Positions 61,731 through 64,000 of a stretch of 64,000 bases of DNA are shown here, in pieces (the stretch's first letter is position 1; every line of letters begins with the position of its first letter). The position numbers were made by a program, and so were the translations under genes. This stretch comes from Euprymna scolopes (lineage: Eukaryota), in NCBI GenBank assembly GCA_053919585.1, contig CM132805.1. The stretch is one strand, 5' to 3'. The notes under the pieces were generated by a model. It was given only the letters and a program-made list of their open reading frames with translations. It was not told the DNA's origin and did not search any database.

Positions 61731-64000
61731 TATGTACTAATACTTATCATTAAGAATTCACAAAATATCTGAGGTATCTTAAATGTCACAAAGGACTTTC
61801 ACCTCTTCTTTGCCGCCATTGCCCAAAGCATAATTAAACTAAATATATCTGACATTACGATTCCTTACGCCTAGTGATTGCATTTCAAAACTCATAAGGA
61901 TCGGTTAATTAGTTTATGAGGAATCCAGTACAAATATGTACACATATACTTTACTTTATGCAAATAGAAATATAGCCACACTGAAGATATTTGATACAAC
62001 GAAATAGCCCATCTGTAAATGACTACATATGTCCCCCTTTGTGAGTACATAAAATAACCACCTACTGTTAGTGATAATGTGCAAAGCATTTCATAACAAC
62101 GAATGCCACATTCTTCTGTAGCTGATAGTGTTTATATATAGATTTGAAGCGCTTGCAAATCTAACCACATTGAAGTGCTGTGATACAACAGAACAGTCTG
62201 TGGATGACTGTATACATGTATAGATATATGTGTCTCCATATTGAAAGAGAACGATATTATGCTGTCAGACTCTTAGTCTCTCTTTCTTTCTCTCTCCTCT
62301 TCCTCTGAGCCTTAATTTTTTTCTTTCAGATAAGTCTGTTTCCTTGCATCTACCTCTTGCCTACACTATCCTCTCCTTTCATGGTCTCTTCATATTGTAA
62401 CAATCATGTCAACACAGGGGGGACTGTCGTTCTTGCTGTCCATTTAATATTTTGACCTGTTTGTCACTACTCCAAATTTCTAGTTAGTTCTAGACTACAA
62501 CGGTAACAACACTAGCTGCCCCCTCTTTTCTGTGAGAAAATGGAAATATATCTGCTTTCATTCCAAATTATGAGTCCCAATTAATTCTAGAATCTTCCGT
62601 AGTGCCTTTAACTCTGTTTCGATAATTTTAGAATTTCCTTGGATGCAAAAGAAGAAAGAGATAAACTATAATTTCATTATTTTACTTAACTCTGCTAATC
62701 GCAAGGGATGCTAATTGCAAATTTTTCTTCTTTTCGTTAATATTGCATGTAATTTACTGATGTTTATTATGCAAATTAAATATGTATATCTAATAACCAT
62801 AATTAACATTCAACAACTGTGTTTTTATACGATGAGCAAATAAGATATCGAATTGTTAATTCAAAATCTTGTTAATCGCATATATATACGATAATCAAGA
62901 AATAAACAACGGGATAAAATGAGTGATCTCTAATTAAGTTCCTCCACTCAAAATTATTTTTAATTTTATTCGTTTATGTTTTATATTGAGAAACAGAATA
63001 ATGAAAACCTAAACTTATAATTAGTTGAACTGTAATTCGTGGTTGTGAAATAGTATTGTTATCATCGTTATATAGGATGATTGAATGTCCCTGACTGAAG
63101 AATATTTAATTTTATTAATCTAACTAGCTATCCTTACCCGGTGTTGCTTGGTAATATTTTCATTTCATAATTTTTCTTTTCTTTTATACTTCACCGATTT
63201 TTTTACCAAAATATTTTTGTTTTTAAATGTAGTTTTGAAAGTTGAATTATGACATAAGTTTGCGTTTTTTTTTTAACTCTTAAATATATAAATAATAACG
63301 TGAGAGCTAGAGGTGCTAAATCAGCAAGTAGGTTGATAGAGAATGAGGGTAGTGCCACGGCCACCGACAGTAAGAAGAAGGCCTGTTAACTGAAAAATGT
63401 CTGCAGGCAATGTAGGTAAGATTTGTCAGACTGTCAGTACTATATGAGGGCCATATGAGCAATAAAACATTTTTAAAAAGAAAAAGGAACACAGTTCGAT
63501 TACTACTTAAACTGAACTTTATTCAATATAAAATATAAATATTATCTATGTAAAATTAAATAATTTTAAAGCAATATACAATTTAATACTGATAAAACTG
63601 AATTATGAATTTAGGGGACAAACAATTAAAGAAACATTAAACAAATATTTGTTGGCCTTCGGAACAAGATCAATAGTATCTGTTTTGATGCTACACTTTA
63701 CCTTTTCTGCCTTCGGTCGGTGGAGGAGAAATCTTTCATGACTGAGATTATTTTTGTTCCTATCCAGAGTGTCCCTTATTGGGAAGTTGGATTTTCTCCA
63801 CAAGATTATATGTTGAAATATTTAATAACTATTACTTTAAATACAGAAATTATATTTAAAGTTTTGGTTTTCTGTTCTTCTATGTCCATTTTTCCTTCAT
63901 GTTTTTCATCAAACTGTGTATCGTATTAGTTGTCTCACAAGCCATCATCAGTGATTGCTCACTGGCATTAACCTGTGGTGTTCCCTGGAGACCAAGTGAC

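Overview
AT-rich eukaryotic (animal) genomic DNA from a draft assembly with seven short N-gaps. It consists almost entirely of transposable elements and tandem repeats, and I found no convincing host-gene exon. The repeat landscape (RTE elements with (GAT)n tails, CR1-group LINEs, a Penelope-like element, dense microsatellites) resembles molluscan/cephalopod genomes, but the species cannot be determined from this window. Main elements: (1) a young, 5'-truncated CR1-group LINE with an uninterrupted ORF2 (1623-4245, -) plus many older copies; (2) a compact ~4.1 kb Ty3/Gypsy element with ~280 bp LTRs (40129-44219, -); (3) a young Penelope-like element with an intact RT-GIY-YIG ORF, inverted pseudo-LTRs and hammerhead ribozymes (48491-52825); (4) hAT, mariner, maT and Helitron remnants, foldback MITEs, three 5S rRNA-derived copies and several minisatellites. 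The most unusual observation is a Helentron-like (HINE) insert at ~140-975 that splits a mariner and carries three copies of the U2 snRNA 5' end; two of them bracket a hairpin-rich dimer. Also notable: an HIV-type U UUU UUA -1 frameshift site joining an upstream ORF to the Penelope RT, a tRNA-like head fused to a decayed hammerhead, a Gypsy element with no canonical primer-binding site, and minisatellites that visibly arose inside TE sequence.
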